Virus record (IMG/VR): IMGVR_UViG_3300045999_007505
Reading direction: 5' to 3' (one strand)
Source: a virus
DNA: 64,000 bases
Shown here: in pieces, positions 38,680 through 49,192 of the stretch
Numbering within the stretch: the stretch's first letter is position 1
Layout of the letters: every line of letters begins with the position of its first letter
Notes under the pieces: generated by a model
What the model was told of the DNA's origin: nothing
The model's database searches: none
What the model saw: the letters and a program-made list of their open reading frames with translations, nothing else
Position numbers and translations under genes: made by a program

Positions 38680-41178
38680 CTACTGCGTAAATGTCGCACC
38701 CGTTGATTGAATATTGAAATCTAAAACAATAAATTCTGCAGTTCTGGTTGGTTGCAAAAATAATTGTCCGTATAAAATATTTCTATCAATTAAATCTGGT
38801 GTATTATTTGAAGCATCCATTACCACACGGAAAACTGACAATCCTTGTTGTGCTCTTACTTGTTCTAAATAAGGATTAACAATTGCCAAGAATCTGTCTC
38901 GTGTCTGCGATGTATTTTGTTCAAATACCAAATAACGAGTTGACGATGCAATAAATTTCTTGATTGTAATCAATAATCGACGTACATTTACTCGGTCTAA
39001 TGCACTTGGAAGAGATTGTAGTGTCTTTTGACCCCAAATTACTATACCTTCGTTAGGGAAGTTCGCAATAGGATTAACGCGAGCTTCATACAATGTATCT
39101 CGATCTGCTTGTGCTAAAGATTGATATGTATCAATTACAGAATTCAAACTACCACGATTCAAACCAGCTGGTGCATACCATGGAGCTGCAACTGCATCAT
39201 TGAATGCCAATGCGCCTGGAACAACAACTGAAGGTGGTACCCAAATTGGAACATTCTTGCTAGGATTAACAATTCGCACCCATGGCCAATATGTTGCAGT
39301 ATAATTATCATCAATATTTTGTACTTGCGATGTTACGGTTGATATTGAATCAGTTAATGCATTTGAATCCATTACATAGAATGTATCTTGACGAGTTGTA
39401 GCCAAATCTCTAGCTGCAGTTGTTACCGCAGAATGCAAACTATCAATAACACCTGGAGTAAGCAACATATTAACATCATAATAATCTGTATTGCTTAACA
39501 ATGTAAATGCTTTATTATATGCTTTCGTACCCGTACTTGTTGATGTCGAACAATCAAATCCAAATGTATTTGTAGAAGCAATATTGATTCCAGAATATTT
39601 AGGTAAATTTGGACGAGCTCCATCAAATCCACCTTGGAATGGCATAATGAATTTTCTAGTAGTTAAAGCAACATTAGTTGTAAATGTAGACCCCGTCAAT
39701 GCTGCCTGTAATGAACCACTATATGCAGCAGTTAATGAAGGAAATCCTGCTTGTCCGTCTTGACTTACATCACCTAAATAAAAATCTGAATTGCTACCAG
39801 TATTTGAACCTGATGTTGGAATTGGAGCTAAATAATTAATATTGTTTTGTGCGGTAAAATCAAATCCTAAATAATTTCTTGAACTATATTCAGATGCAAC
39901 AACTTGCGATGTTTTATATGTTGCTGCAGATAAATTCAATGTACCAGATACCATCGGTATTGGTGAATTAACAGCACGGAATCCAAACGGTATCAATGTT
40001 TTATCGATAGTCGAATTTGAAACTGCCTGATCTACTTCAACTCGAATATATTGTGAATTGTTTGGATAATCGCCATTTACAAAAAGTTGTCCATTATCAT
40101 TTACTGTTTGATAACGATCTCCAATTATTCTTGCAATATATCTAGATGAATTTGGATTCAAATTGACATTAGTAAATGTTTCTACAACATCAGGAACTTT
40201 GTCTGTATCTTGAGATGAATATGGAGAATTTGGAATACCTGGTGTAGGTGATAATGAATTTACTCTACGAATTTCTACCGTAAAGGCTCCGTATCCTGCA
40301 GGATCGCCTGTTTCAGTTGATAATCTAACATCTCGGATACCAATCTTTGTTTCATAGTTTACCGATGTGCCATGTGACAATGTATGAAACTTAAATAAAT
40401 TTTTAGTAAGCGAACCAATTTTTTGTGATGTTACCCACGGTGTTGATGCTACATTGTAATCTTGTAAAAATTCATAATTTGAAATTTTTTCTAATGACAT
40501 CGTAACATTAGCTAAGTTTGCAAACAATGACGATGCAGCAAGATTTTCATATTGCACATATACTGGATAATCTGTTGATTTAGGAGATGTTCCAAATACT
40601 TTTGAAATATAATTGTTTGCTGTAGATACAATTGATGCTGATATTGGGGTTGTTTCACTTACTAAGAATGAACCACCAAATCCAATTGCATTTGCGTCAT
40701 TTCCAGTTGCTACTGCATATGAACCAGAAACTGTAATTGCAAATGACCCTGAAGTACTAGATGCTATTACTGAATCTTCAAATACATTAGTTGCACCCGT
40801 TGTAGTTACTGCTTGAACTGGATGTAATATGTGTGTTACAACTTTTGTTGAACCTGATTGTGCAACAACTGCCAATCCACCATTGGTTAATTTATACCCA
40901 TCTTCATACAATAAACGTGTTACGGTAATTACGTTACCATTACGTAAATAATCTTGAACTACATATGGAACGTATGAATCATCTGTAAATGATCCAAATT
41001 GTGCCGTAAACTGTCCAAATGATGTAATTTGTGTAGGAACTAAAGCAGGCCCTTTGGTTGTTGGTCCTACAATTGCTGCTCCTATTTGCGCAATAGCTCC
41101 GGGTAAAAACGATTGATCAATTTCATTCGTAAATACACCAGGAGAAACTATTCCAGCGCCTATTTGTCTTTCTGCCAT
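38680..41178 (-). CDS. Contractile tail sheath (gp18-like)
   Basis: SPGVFTNEID, YWPW, PWYAPAGLNRG, WGQKTL, DRVNVRRL, FEQN, PTRTAEFI. Confidence 0.95.
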   Translation of the reverse strand: MAERQIGAGIVSPGVFTNEIDQSFLPGAIAQIGAAIVGPTTKGPALVPTQITSFGQFTAQFGSFTDDSYVPYVVQDYLRNGNVITVTRLLYEDGYKLTNGGLAVVAQSGSTKVVTHILHPVQAVTTTGATNVFEDSVIASSTSGSFAITVSGSYAVATGNDANAIGFGGSFLVSETTPISASIVSTANNYISKVFGTSPKSTDYPVYVQYENLAASSLFANLANVTMSLEKISNYEFLQDYNVASTPWVTSQKIGSLTKNLFKFHTLSHGTSVNYETKIGIRDVRLSTETGDPAGYGAFTVEIRRVNSLSPTPGIPNSPYSSQDTDKVPDVVETFTNVNLNPNSSRYIARIIGDRYQTVNDNGQLFVNGDYPNNSQYIRVEVDQAVSNSTIDKTLIPFGFRAVNSPIPMVSGTLNLSAATYKTSQVVASEYSSRNYLGFDFTAQNNINYLAPIPTSGSNTGSNSDFYLGDVSQDGQAGFPSLTAAYSGSLQAALTGSTFTTNVALTTRKFIMPFQGGFDGARPNLPKYSGINIASTNTFGFDCSTSTSTGTKAYNKAFTLLSNTDYYDVNMLLTPGVIDSLHSAVTTAARDLATTRQDTFYVMDSNALTDSISTVTSQVQNIDDNYTATYWPWVRIVNPSKNVPIWVPPSVVVPGALAFNDAVAAPWYAPAGLNRGSLNSVIDTYQSLAQADRDTLYEARVNPIANFPNEGIVIWGQKTLQSLPSALDRVNVRRLLITIKKFIASSTRYLVFEQNTSQTRDRFLAIVNPYLEQVRAQQGLSVFRVVMDASNNTPDLIDRNILYGQLFLQPTRTAEFIVLDFNIQSTGATFTQ

Positions 41179-41198
41179 TTATACTCCTATGATTTTTT

Positions 41199-41207
41199 TA
41201 TAAATAT
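41199..41207 (-). promoter_or_regulatory. Late-type motif ATATTTATA
   Basis: Upstream of the sheath gene, with AGGAG SD. Confidence 0.7.
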
Positions 41208-41226
41208 GAATCCACGAACTCAAACC

Positions 41227-41496
41227 TTATGCGGTTGGAGTAAATGTTCCAGATTGAATATTGATTTCGCCTTCGCCATAACGTTCGCGCATTTTGTCTA
41301 ATAATTCTGATTCTTGTTTACGCAAATCATAAAATGCATTCATGCAACGAGCTTGTTCGTTTTGTAACATTTCTAATCGTTGTTGAGTTATGGTAATTTC
41401 AATTGCTAAGTTTCCTAATTCTAAAGCATTGCTATTATAGGAATTTCGCAATTCCATGATTTCATCTAAATGCTCTTTATCTAATTTTCGAGTCAT
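41227..41496 (-). CDS. Small coiled-coil protein (possible fibre chaperone)
   Basis: Heptads, C-terminal YGEGEINIQSGTF. Confidence 0.6.
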   Translation of the reverse strand: MTRKLDKEHLDEIMELRNSYNSNALELGNLAIEITITQQRLEMLQNEQARCMNAFYDLRKQESELLDKMRERYGEGEINIQSGTFTPTA

Positions 41497-41513
41497 AATA
41501 ACCTTTTCTTGAT

Positions 41514-41542
41514 ATTATAATGAAAATGTTTCAATTATCCAA
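41514..41542 (-). promoter_or_regulatory. Sigma70-like promoter TTGGAT-N17-TATAAT
   Basis: Exact motif upstream of the ORF starting at 41496. Confidence 0.65.
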
Positions 41543-41777
41543 GCATTTCAGTTTTAGACATATCAATCGTAATGGCACCTACTGACAGGATATCTCCTTC
41601 TATTGTAAAATCTTCCCGCGTTGTTATGGAGGTACCTCCAGGTACATTGGATAAGTCTACGTTCAATCCGTGACATGCATCATCGACATACACGTTAATG
41701 ATTAAATCAAATCCATCAACCGTGTCAATGGCAGTTATTCGTTTACCGAATATAAATTGTTTTAGTGTTAATTTCAT
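41535..41777 (-). CDS. Hypothetical protein
   Basis: 80-aa ORF with AGGA SD after the adhesin. Confidence 0.55.
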   Translation of the reverse strand: MKLTLKQFIFGKRITAIDTVDGFDLIINVYVDDACHGLNVDLSNVPGGTSITTREDFTIEGDILSVGAITIDMSKTEMLG

Positions 41778-41784
41778 ATGTTTC

Positions 41785-44133
41785 CTATGTTATTATGTTT
41801 AATATAGCATATGGCACTGTGTTAAATCCATTGCCAGTATCGTTAAATGTTATCGTGCCAGTATTGAACGTTGTATCTAAACTTCCCGATATGTTAAGTT
41901 TAGCTACATAATTAACTATTGAGCCACTGTATGTTGTAAAGTTACTTGCTATGTATGGTTTATTGTTTTTATCCAAACTAATGGCTCCTACAGATAGTGT
42001 GCCCCATCCACTTGGTCCATTGCCTACTACAAATGAATTATCTCGAGACCCGTTTGAGTTTATTTTAACTAAACGGTTAGCAGTTGATCCGGAATATGAA
42101 GTAAATATTCCTGCTACTAGTAACGAGTCATTGTTCAATAGCTTTAAAGTATAAACGGCGCCATTCTGAGTAGTGCCCGGACTAAAGGCTAAGTCTCTAG
42201 TGCCGTCAGTATTAATCTTAACAAGTCGATTAACCGAGGAGCCTGAATATGTAGTAAATGCTCCTCCAATTACGGGTTTGCCATCTGATTGAATGACTAC
42301 AGAATATACTTCGTTATTAAAGCCTGTTCCTACGTTAAACGTTGCATCGCGCGTGCCGTCGGTATTTATTCGTACTATTCTAGTTGTACTTGAACCGGAA
42401 TATGCTGTAAAATTGTTTCCAACTACAATAAACTTACCATCACTTTGCATAGCAATTGATAGTGGAGTTCCGCCAGTAAAACCGGTACCTACATTAAATG
42501 TAGTGTCGCGAGTACCATTAGTGTTTATTCGTACTATACCTGGACTGCTAGAACCACTGTATGTTGAAATATTTCCAACGGCAACTATTTTACCATCTGG
42601 TTGTATTTTAAAATCATATACGGCTCCATTAGGGCCCGCTCCTACGTTGAATGTTGTATCGAGAGTGCCGCTAACATTTAATCTTGCAAGTCTAGTAGCA
42701 TTGGATCCAGAATACGTTGTATAGTCTCCTCCAACTACAAGTTTTGCGTCGGATTGCGTAGCCATGCAATAAACCACGGTATTAAACCCAGCACCCATAT
42801 TAAATGTTGTATCAATTGAACCGGTATTATCTAATTTTATAATTCTATTATACGCGGGAGCATTGTATGTTGTGAAAGCGCCGCCTAAATATAATTTGCT
42901 TCCAGATACAAGTGTAGTCCAAACGCCGCTGTTAAATCCTCTAGTACTTTGGTTGTTAAATCCAATGCTCCCCGTGTTGAATGTTAAATCTATAGTGCCA
43001 CTTGGTGATGTTTTTACAAATCGATTAACCGTTGAACCGCTATATGTTGTAAAGTTGTTTCCAATATATACATTTCCTGCAGTATCTAAGGAAAGTCCGT
43101 TTATTGCATTGGCTGTAGTACTATTAAGTCCCGCTCCTACATTATAAGATGTATCTAGATTACCATTAGATAATATTCGAGCTAAGTTGGTTTGAACGCT
43201 GCCACTTACGGAATTGAAGAGGCCAACTATTAGTATTTTTTGATCAGGTTGCATTTTTACAGCATATACTGAGTTATTAATAGTTCCCGGATTAAAAGAA
43301 TTATCTAACGTGCCATTAGTGTTTAATCGCATTAAACGTGTCACAGTTGATCCGCTGTATTGTGTTGCACCGTGACCTATAACAATTTTACCGTCTGATT
43401 GAATATCAACCGCATATCCAACTCGCGTCGTTGCTGTAAATCCAGTACCATTGTTAAAAGTAGTATCTCTAGTACCATCGATGTTTATTCTCAATGAGCC
43501 AGTTCCAATAACTGAGCCTGAGTATGTAGTCATGCTGTTTCCAACAATAACGGCTTTATCATCACTTTGTATAGCAACAGCAAACCCGTTTTGATTTAGA
43601 CCAGTTCCTATATTGTATGTTGTATCATATGTGCCATTTGTATTAAGTCTAGCAATACGGTTTCTTGTTGATCCACTGTATGACGTAAATGCTCCAGTAA
43701 CGATCACTTTGCCATCAGATTGTAATTTTAAGTCGTATACTGTACTATTGAATCCGGTACCGACGTTAAATGTAGTGTCACGGGTACCATCGGTATTTAT
43801 TCTTATAATGTATTGGGACGAAGATCCTGAATATGCTGCAAAGCTGCCACCCATTATTATTTTACCGTCGGACTGTGTAACCATGCATAAAACGGAGTTA
43901 TTAGCTCCGGTACTACCCATGTTAAATGATGTGTCTACTGAACCAGATAAATCGGTACGTAAGATTCTAGAGTATAACGGTTGGTTGTAGGTTGTAAAGC
44001 CACCACCAACGTATAGATAATCTGGTAAGGTTGTGGTAATTGTTGTCCCCATGTAATTTACTATGTCATTAATGGAAACTCCATCAATGTATAATATTGA
44101 TCCAAAAGGAACGCCGCCTATACTTGTAACCAT
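41785..44133 (-). CDS. Delta-60-repeat beta-propeller protein, probable adhesin
   Basis: About 14 repeats of QSDGKI..GG.FT.YSGS...RIN.DGTRDTTFN.GTG. Confidence 0.8.
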   Translation of the reverse strand: MVTSIGGVPFGSILYIDGVSINDIVNYMGTTITTTLPDYLYVGGGFTTYNQPLYSRILRTDLSGSVDTSFNMGSTGANNSVLCMVTQSDGKIIMGGSFAAYSGSSSQYIIRINTDGTRDTTFNVGTGFNSTVYDLKLQSDGKVIVTGAFTSYSGSTRNRIARLNTNGTYDTTYNIGTGLNQNGFAVAIQSDDKAVIVGNSMTTYSGSVIGTGSLRINIDGTRDTTFNNGTGFTATTRVGYAVDIQSDGKIVIGHGATQYSGSTVTRLMRLNTNGTLDNSFNPGTINNSVYAVKMQPDQKILIVGLFNSVSGSVQTNLARILSNGNLDTSYNVGAGLNSTTANAINGLSLDTAGNVYIGNNFTTYSGSTVNRFVKTSPSGTIDLTFNTGSIGFNNQSTRGFNSGVWTTLVSGSKLYLGGAFTTYNAPAYNRIIKLDNTGSIDTTFNMGAGFNTVVYCMATQSDAKLVVGGDYTTYSGSNATRLARLNVSGTLDTTFNVGAGPNGAVYDFKIQPDGKIVAVGNISTYSGSSSPGIVRINTNGTRDTTFNVGTGFTGGTPLSIAMQSDGKFIVVGNNFTAYSGSSTTRIVRINTDGTRDATFNVGTGFNNEVYSVVIQSDGKPVIGGAFTTYSGSSVNRLVKINTDGTRDLAFSPGTTQNGAVYTLKLLNNDSLLVAGIFTSYSGSTANRLVKINSNGSRDNSFVVGNGPSGWGTLSVGAISLDKNNKPYIASNFTTYSGSIVNYVAKLNISGSLDTTFNTGTITFNDTGNGFNTVPYAILNIIT

Positions 44134-44143
44134 ATCTTACCTT

Positions 44144-47100
44144 TTATAATTCAATCCATTCATTAGATGGTCTAAATTTCATAATCCAATCTACACCACC
44201 ATTATATGAGGTATAACAATAGCCTAACAATCTAACATATCCAGTTGTTGGAATTGTTGTCGACATTAATGTACCGCCACCTTCTCGAATATAAACAGGA
44301 AGTCCATAGTTAGGCCCATTAACATTTGGATATCCGCCGCCGGATGAAACAACTATATCGCCTTCAATTAAAACAGAACCAGTTTGAGAAAATATATCAA
44401 TAGCCATTCCTAACATTTTGGTTGATGTATTTGTTGTTTGATCTACTTGATACCATTGACCATCTGTATTTAAATATACTAACTCATTGCTTGATACCGT
44501 AGCATCGAAGTACGAATCTCCTAAAAGTTGTCCGGCTTTAGAATTAAACCCATATAATGAATCTCTATTAGTAGTACTTATGCGTTGTGAGCCATATAAA
44601 TCTATATTATATATTCCTGTTTGACCATCCCAAGAAATTACAGGTTGACCGGTAGCAGAATTCAATGATCTATTTCCAAAATCTATACTAGAACTACCAG
44701 CATTTAAATCATATAAATTTCTTGAAAAATTTGCATCATCTACTTCAATTGCCTTAAATGGTCCAGTAAATCCTGTTCCTTCGCCTTGTACTTTAAATGA
44801 ACCACTTAATATAGTTGGTCCTTGATTTATTAAAGTCGAAGACCCGGTTATAAGCAAAGAACCTGTTACAACTAAACTGCCAGATACTGTAGCAGATCCT
44901 GTTATTGATACCCCCGATGTCCAATTCAATATTTCAGTTCCGTTACTGTCTTTCAATTGACGGTTTTGCCAATTTATAGAATCTTTATTAGCTGTATCGA
45001 TTGCTATGCGATTCTGCCAATCTATAGAATTTTTAGCATTTGTATCTCGTAGTATGCCAGTATTCCAATTAACCGTGTATGATGCTGGGCCGTTGTCTAT
45101 TTTAAGAAGACGACTACTCCAATCAATCGATTGCGAATCAACTGTATCATATGTTGAGCGCTGATCCCAACGCATTGTAACTACTGCCGAACTATCAATT
45201 AATCTACGTACTTCCCAATTGACGCTGTTTATAGCAGAACTATCATATAAATCTCTGTCATCAGCATTAATGCTTGAAGTTCCCATTACATCATTAATAA
45301 CTCTAGTAACTCCGCCGAAATCTAATGCAGTTACATCAGATATTCCATTGTAGGTTTGTAAATTAAACGAACCAGTTACTCCTAATGAACCTGTAATACG
45401 AGTAGTGCCAATAACATCTAAGTTTGCAGTTGGATTAATTGTTCCAATTCCAATATTACCACTCTTTCCTGATATAACACCCCCGCCACTTCCTAGTTTA
45501 ATAGAAGCTACTGTAGAATCTTGTTGTCCATATACGCCTAAATGATTTGATATATTTATATCCCATAGTTCAACATCATCACCCCCTCGAAGATACATTG
45601 CACCATTTGTATTAGGAGCAATAAATCCTGTTGTTGCAGTTAATGATCCAGTTATAACTGCATTTCCTGTATATGGAAAAACTGTTCCTCCGGAGGTTGA
45701 TACTGTTATGACATTTCCTCCGGAATCTACTGCTAAGTTAGCTGCTGCTGTTCCTGGAAAAGAAGAGGCTGCTGTATATCCTGGGAGTTGCATTTGGGTG
45801 GTATGTATATCCCATTGGGCTATTAACCCCGTACTTGTGGTATTATTTCCTTTTAGTATTCTAGCTTTATTTTGCCAGTTGTCCATAAATGAAGCAGACG
45901 TATAAGTACCCCCTGGTGCATTGAATCCTATTTGTCCGCCCTCATTACTAGTGTCGCGAGCTCCTAAAGTTAAAGTATTTTCAGACGGACCTAAACTTGA
46001 AGTTCCTATAGCAGCACTACCAGTTATTATTACGGTTTGATTAAGCGTATTAACATATGAAGCAGTTGAAGCAAATGAAGCACTTACTGCTTGTAGAACG
46101 TAACTAGCAGTTGCGGCATATGAAGCACTAGTAGCAGTAGCCGCATTTCCTGTTATTGAGGCACTAATAGCAGATGTATTAACCCATTTAGCTGTAGAAG
46201 AATCATATGCCAATGGTTGTCCCGCTGATGGTCCTGAAATACTTACGTCAGATAATCCGGCCAATGTTTGAGTTACACTTCCTCCGCCACCGCCACTTCC
46301 ACCAACGGTTCTAAATAATCCTCCGGGAATTATTTTATAAGAAGCTGCCGTTGTAAAATCTGCATTATTTCTTACTACTATAGCACCCAAATAAACAGCT
46401 TGTGCTGCAGTATTAGGAGCCTCAGTAAATGGTTCAATGTTTATATTAGCAATTGCATCTAATTCTGTTGTGTATGATGCATTACCATAATATACATAAA
46501 ATGCTTTAGTGACGCTGTTTGGGAAAAAATATACTCGCTGGATTGACCATTGTCTATTACTACCACCACCAGGAACTGATGTTAAAACTCCATTAAGTGA
46601 ATATCGAGTTGGATCTATTGCACCATATCCCGCTCCTGCATTTGTATCATATACCCACGATGATCCAGATTGGTAATAACGAAATATTTTAGATACGGTG
46701 GTACCTGAGTCTGTAATGTATGAAGGATTATTAGGATCTACTGTATAATTTCTACCGTCTGACCATGCTATTCCGCTACTAACTACTAAACTACCCGTTG
46801 ATGAACCACTCACTGCTAGTGTCATTCCGGATATTTTTAATGGGCCAAATGCTCTAATAAAATCTGAAGAACGTTGTTTCCAACCGTATGCCAATGATGC
46901 AAATGTTTGAGTTCCATTAATTGTAGCATGATTTTGATGCAATACTACACCAATTGGAATTAAAGTATTGTATTGACCGTCATTATATGGTTCGCCTTGT
47001 GCATATATAGTACCATTTGATTGAATTGCTACAAATTGTTGATCATATGATGCGCTAAATGGTGCTATACTAGCAGATACATTTGGCCAATTAACATATT

Positions 47101-47707
47101 CAATTGTTGGAAATGGATTTTCATTATATGATGCATTTAAATTTACAATGATACCGCTACCACTTGATATTTGATACATTGTAGATGATTGTGATGAAAT
47201 CAATCCGCCATTTAATAATCCAGTATATAAATTACCTTCTATCCAACGCAAACGAGTTACGTTGTTATATCCTAAACCATTTTGCGAAAAATATAAATCG
47301 TTTGTTGAGCCAGAAACATAAATATAAGATGCAGATATGCTTGTATCAATGTTTTTAACAACCGGTGCAAATTTAATTACACCATTAGTTTCCATATCTC
47401 CATATACTTTAATCGTAGGCGTTACTGGAGTTGTAGTCGAACCTGATATGATAATACTACCCGACAATGTTGTGTTACCTAATAGTGTATTTGTTCCAAT
47501 CTGTGTGGTAGAGCCGGTAATATTTAATGATCCGGTTTGAGAAAATACTCCCGTTAAAAATTTACTACCTGTATGATAAACACTACCTGTATGATTGGAA
47601 TCTCCTAGCTGATTTAAACTACCCGTTATTGTAACTCCATTAGTTACATTTAATGAATTTAATGAGGCATTAGAGCCAGATGTAATGACCTTTTTCCAAG
47701 ATGGCAT
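44144..47707 (-). CDS. Tail fibre/virion fibre protein
   Basis: G/S/T-rich mosaic, LSDV motif, TASYA repeats, NIGIGT, SI(D/N)W..R.L.D repeats. Confidence 0.75.
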   Translation of the reverse strand: MPSWKKVITSGSNASLNSLNVTNGVTITGSLNQLGDSNHTGSVYHTGSKFLTGVFSQTGSLNITGSTTQIGTNTLLGNTTLSGSIIISGSTTTPVTPTIKVYGDMETNGVIKFAPVVKNIDTSISASYIYVSGSTNDLYFSQNGLGYNNVTRLRWIEGNLYTGLLNGGLISSQSSTMYQISSGSGIIVNLNASYNENPFPTIEYVNWPNVSASIAPFSASYDQQFVAIQSNGTIYAQGEPYNDGQYNTLIPIGVVLHQNHATINGTQTFASLAYGWKQRSSDFIRAFGPLKISGMTLAVSGSSTGSLVVSSGIAWSDGRNYTVDPNNPSYITDSGTTVSKIFRYYQSGSSWVYDTNAGAGYGAIDPTRYSLNGVLTSVPGGGSNRQWSIQRVYFFPNSVTKAFYVYYGNASYTTELDAIANINIEPFTEAPNTAAQAVYLGAIVVRNNADFTTAASYKIIPGGLFRTVGGSGGGGGSVTQTLAGLSDVSISGPSAGQPLAYDSSTAKWVNTSAISASITGNAATATSASYAATASYVLQAVSASFASTASYVNTLNQTVIITGSAAIGTSSLGPSENTLTLGARDTSNEGGQIGFNAPGGTYTSASFMDNWQNKARILKGNNTTSTGLIAQWDIHTTQMQLPGYTAASSFPGTAAANLAVDSGGNVITVSTSGGTVFPYTGNAVITGSLTATTGFIAPNTNGAMYLRGGDDVELWDINISNHLGVYGQQDSTVASIKLGSGGGVISGKSGNIGIGTINPTANLDVIGTTRITGSLGVTGSFNLQTYNGISDVTALDFGGVTRVINDVMGTSSINADDRDLYDSSAINSVNWEVRRLIDSSAVVTMRWDQRSTYDTVDSQSIDWSSRLLKIDNGPASYTVNWNTGILRDTNAKNSIDWQNRIAIDTANKDSINWQNRQLKDSNGTEILNWTSGVSITGSATVSGSLVVTGSLLITGSSTLINQGPTILSGSFKVQGEGTGFTGPFKAIEVDDANFSRNLYDLNAGSSSIDFGNRSLNSATGQPVISWDGQTGIYNIDLYGSQRISTTNRDSLYGFNSKAGQLLGDSYFDATVSSNELVYLNTDGQWYQVDQTTNTSTKMLGMAIDIFSQTGSVLIEGDIVVSSGGGYPNVNGPNYGLPVYIREGGGTLMSTTIPTTGYVRLLGYCYTSYNGGVDWIMKFRPSNEWIEL

Positions 47708-47721
47708 ACTATTTTCCTTTT

Positions 47722-47785
47722 GTGTTGTGGTTGGTTACATACACTTATGCCGTGCGTGTGCCCACTTCCTTGCGGCCTACAACAT
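47722..47785 (-). ncRNA. Candidate structured 5' leader RNA
   Basis: GC-rich island between the late motif and the SD: GTTGTAGG/CCACAAC outer stem, CC-GCAA-GG hairpin, ACACGCAC/GTGTATGT stem. Confidence 0.5.
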
Positions 47786-47789
47786 TTAT

Positions 47790-47798
47790 AATAAATAT
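47790..47798 (-). promoter_or_regulatory. Late-type motif ATATTTATT
   Basis: Immediately upstream of the structured leader. Confidence 0.65.
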
Positions 47799-47974
47799 CA
47801 CTGTTTTAGATATTGGTCTTGTAATTTTAGAATGATATTGTAGAATGTCTCTACTTGGTCTCCGCGTACGGAAACATCTTTAAGGATCATCAATAAAAAT
47901 TCAATTTCTTGTTTTGTTAATTGTGATGCAGATTCTGGATTTGGTTGTGCTTTTAAACGATCAATTATGCTCAT
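47798..47974 (-). CDS. 58-aa helical protein (possible fibre chaperone), below the ORF-track cutoff
   Basis: MSIIDRLKAQPNPESASQLTKQEIEFLLMILKDVSVRGDQVETFYNIILKLQDQYLKQ fills the gap. Confidence 0.65.
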   Translation of the reverse strand: MSIIDRLKAQPNPESASQLTKQEIEFLLMILKDVSVRGDQVETFYNIILKLQDQYLKQ

Positions 47975-47989
47975 AACTTGTTTTTATTT

Positions 47990-48820
47990 TTATGCGTAAA
48001 TATATATATCTCCGGTATTTGTATCAACGTGAATTGTTCCGGAGCCATTACCCGATCCACCATATATTGGTGCTGCAGCTGGCGCTATGGCACTTGTTTC
48101 TACCGTTCCTACAAACACTGCAGGTGTAAATGAATTTCCGGTTGCAACGAATGAAGAAGTAAATCCCCAACGGGTTGTTCCGGAATCATATCCATATAAT
48201 TCACCGATATTTTGAGTGCCTTGTTGAACTACAATACCACCATCGCCAGTAGTATTAGACCCAGATGCAAACAATACAAATCGATCTGCAACAAGCAAGT
48301 TTTGTGTATTTTGAAATGATGCAGTACCTAATACAACTAAATTGCCTGTTAATGTTAATCCAACAAATTGAGGAGAGTCTGTAGTTTGTAGTCCTAAATC
48401 AATAGTTGAACCAGCTACACCATTCGTTGTTAAAAGAGCTTCACCTTGATTTGGTGATGATAATACTGAAGAAGATATTACCGTGCTACCCGCTAATATT
48501 TGTGCTTGCGTAACTGTTCCGCCTAATGATGTTGCATTACCGGCAATTGTTATGGAAGAATTAGTTAAACTTGCATTTGGAATTCCACCTAATGTAAATG
48601 TAATTGTATCAGAACCAGCGTTGCCTGCAATATTTAATCCTGCGCCAGACGAAGATGCAAATGTTAATGTATCTACTGCACTGTCTGCTACTATATTCGT
48701 GCCATTGATAGACATCGTAGCAAATGTATTTTGTGCTGTTATCGATGTTAAATAATTAGCATCATTATTTAATTGTGAAATATTACTACCTGATACTACT
48801 ACTTTTTTCCAAGTTGCCAT
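47990..48820 (-). CDS. Virion fibre/collar-like protein
   Basis: MATWKKVVVSGSN; LQTTDSPQF, NLLVADRFV, GDIYIY. Confidence 0.65.
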   Translation of the reverse strand: MATWKKVVVSGSNISQLNNDANYLTSITAQNTFATMSINGTNIVADSAVDTLTFASSSGAGLNIAGNAGSDTITFTLGGIPNASLTNSSITIAGNATSLGGTVTQAQILAGSTVISSSVLSSPNQGEALLTTNGVAGSTIDLGLQTTDSPQFVGLTLTGNLVVLGTASFQNTQNLLVADRFVLFASGSNTTGDGGIVVQQGTQNIGELYGYDSGTTRWGFTSSFVATGNSFTPAVFVGTVETSAIAPAAAPIYGGSGNGSGTIHVDTNTGDIYIYA

Positions 48821-48839
48821 GTTTTATGTTCCTATTTTA

Positions 48840-48848
48840 TATAAATAT
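48840..48848 (-). promoter_or_regulatory. Late-type motif ATATTTATA
   Basis: Upstream of the start at 48820, with AGGA SD. Confidence 0.7.
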
Positions 48849-48853
48849 ATGCA

Positions 48854-49192
48854 TCAATCTAAACCTACAAAAAAAGATCCGGATGTAAAATAAATTCCGC
48901 CATTTGGAGCCGTTCCTGTCAATTCAATACTTTGTGTTGCTACTACAACGACACCACTTTGTGATACTGTTAATATTGGTTGATTATTAAAATTTTTAAT
49001 TAAAAATATATTGTTTACATCACTTCTAATTTCTAATGAACCGGTGATTACTGCACTACCGGAGAATGGAAACGTATTTCCTCCACCGCCATTCATTGCA
49101 TATGATGCAGTTAATGCATAACTAGAAGATATATTAAATAAAGATCCGGTTTGTAATTGTCCAGGTCTAAACTGCCTTGCCATTATGCCCAT
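48854..49192 (-). CDS. Small virion structural protein
   Basis: SYALTASYA, FPFSGSAVITGSL shared with the fibre protein. Confidence 0.6.
   Translation of the reverse strand: MGIMARQFRPGQLQTGSLFNISSSYALTASYAMNGGGGNTFPFSGSAVITGSLEIRSDVNNIFLIKNFNNQPILTVSQSGVVVVATQSIELTGTAPNGGIYFTSGSFFVGLD

Noticed and set aside
41785-44133. Repeats as a CRISPR array or DGR template/variable repeats
   Set aside because: They are in-frame degenerate protein repeats; no reverse transcriptase or adenine-specific mismatch pair was seen
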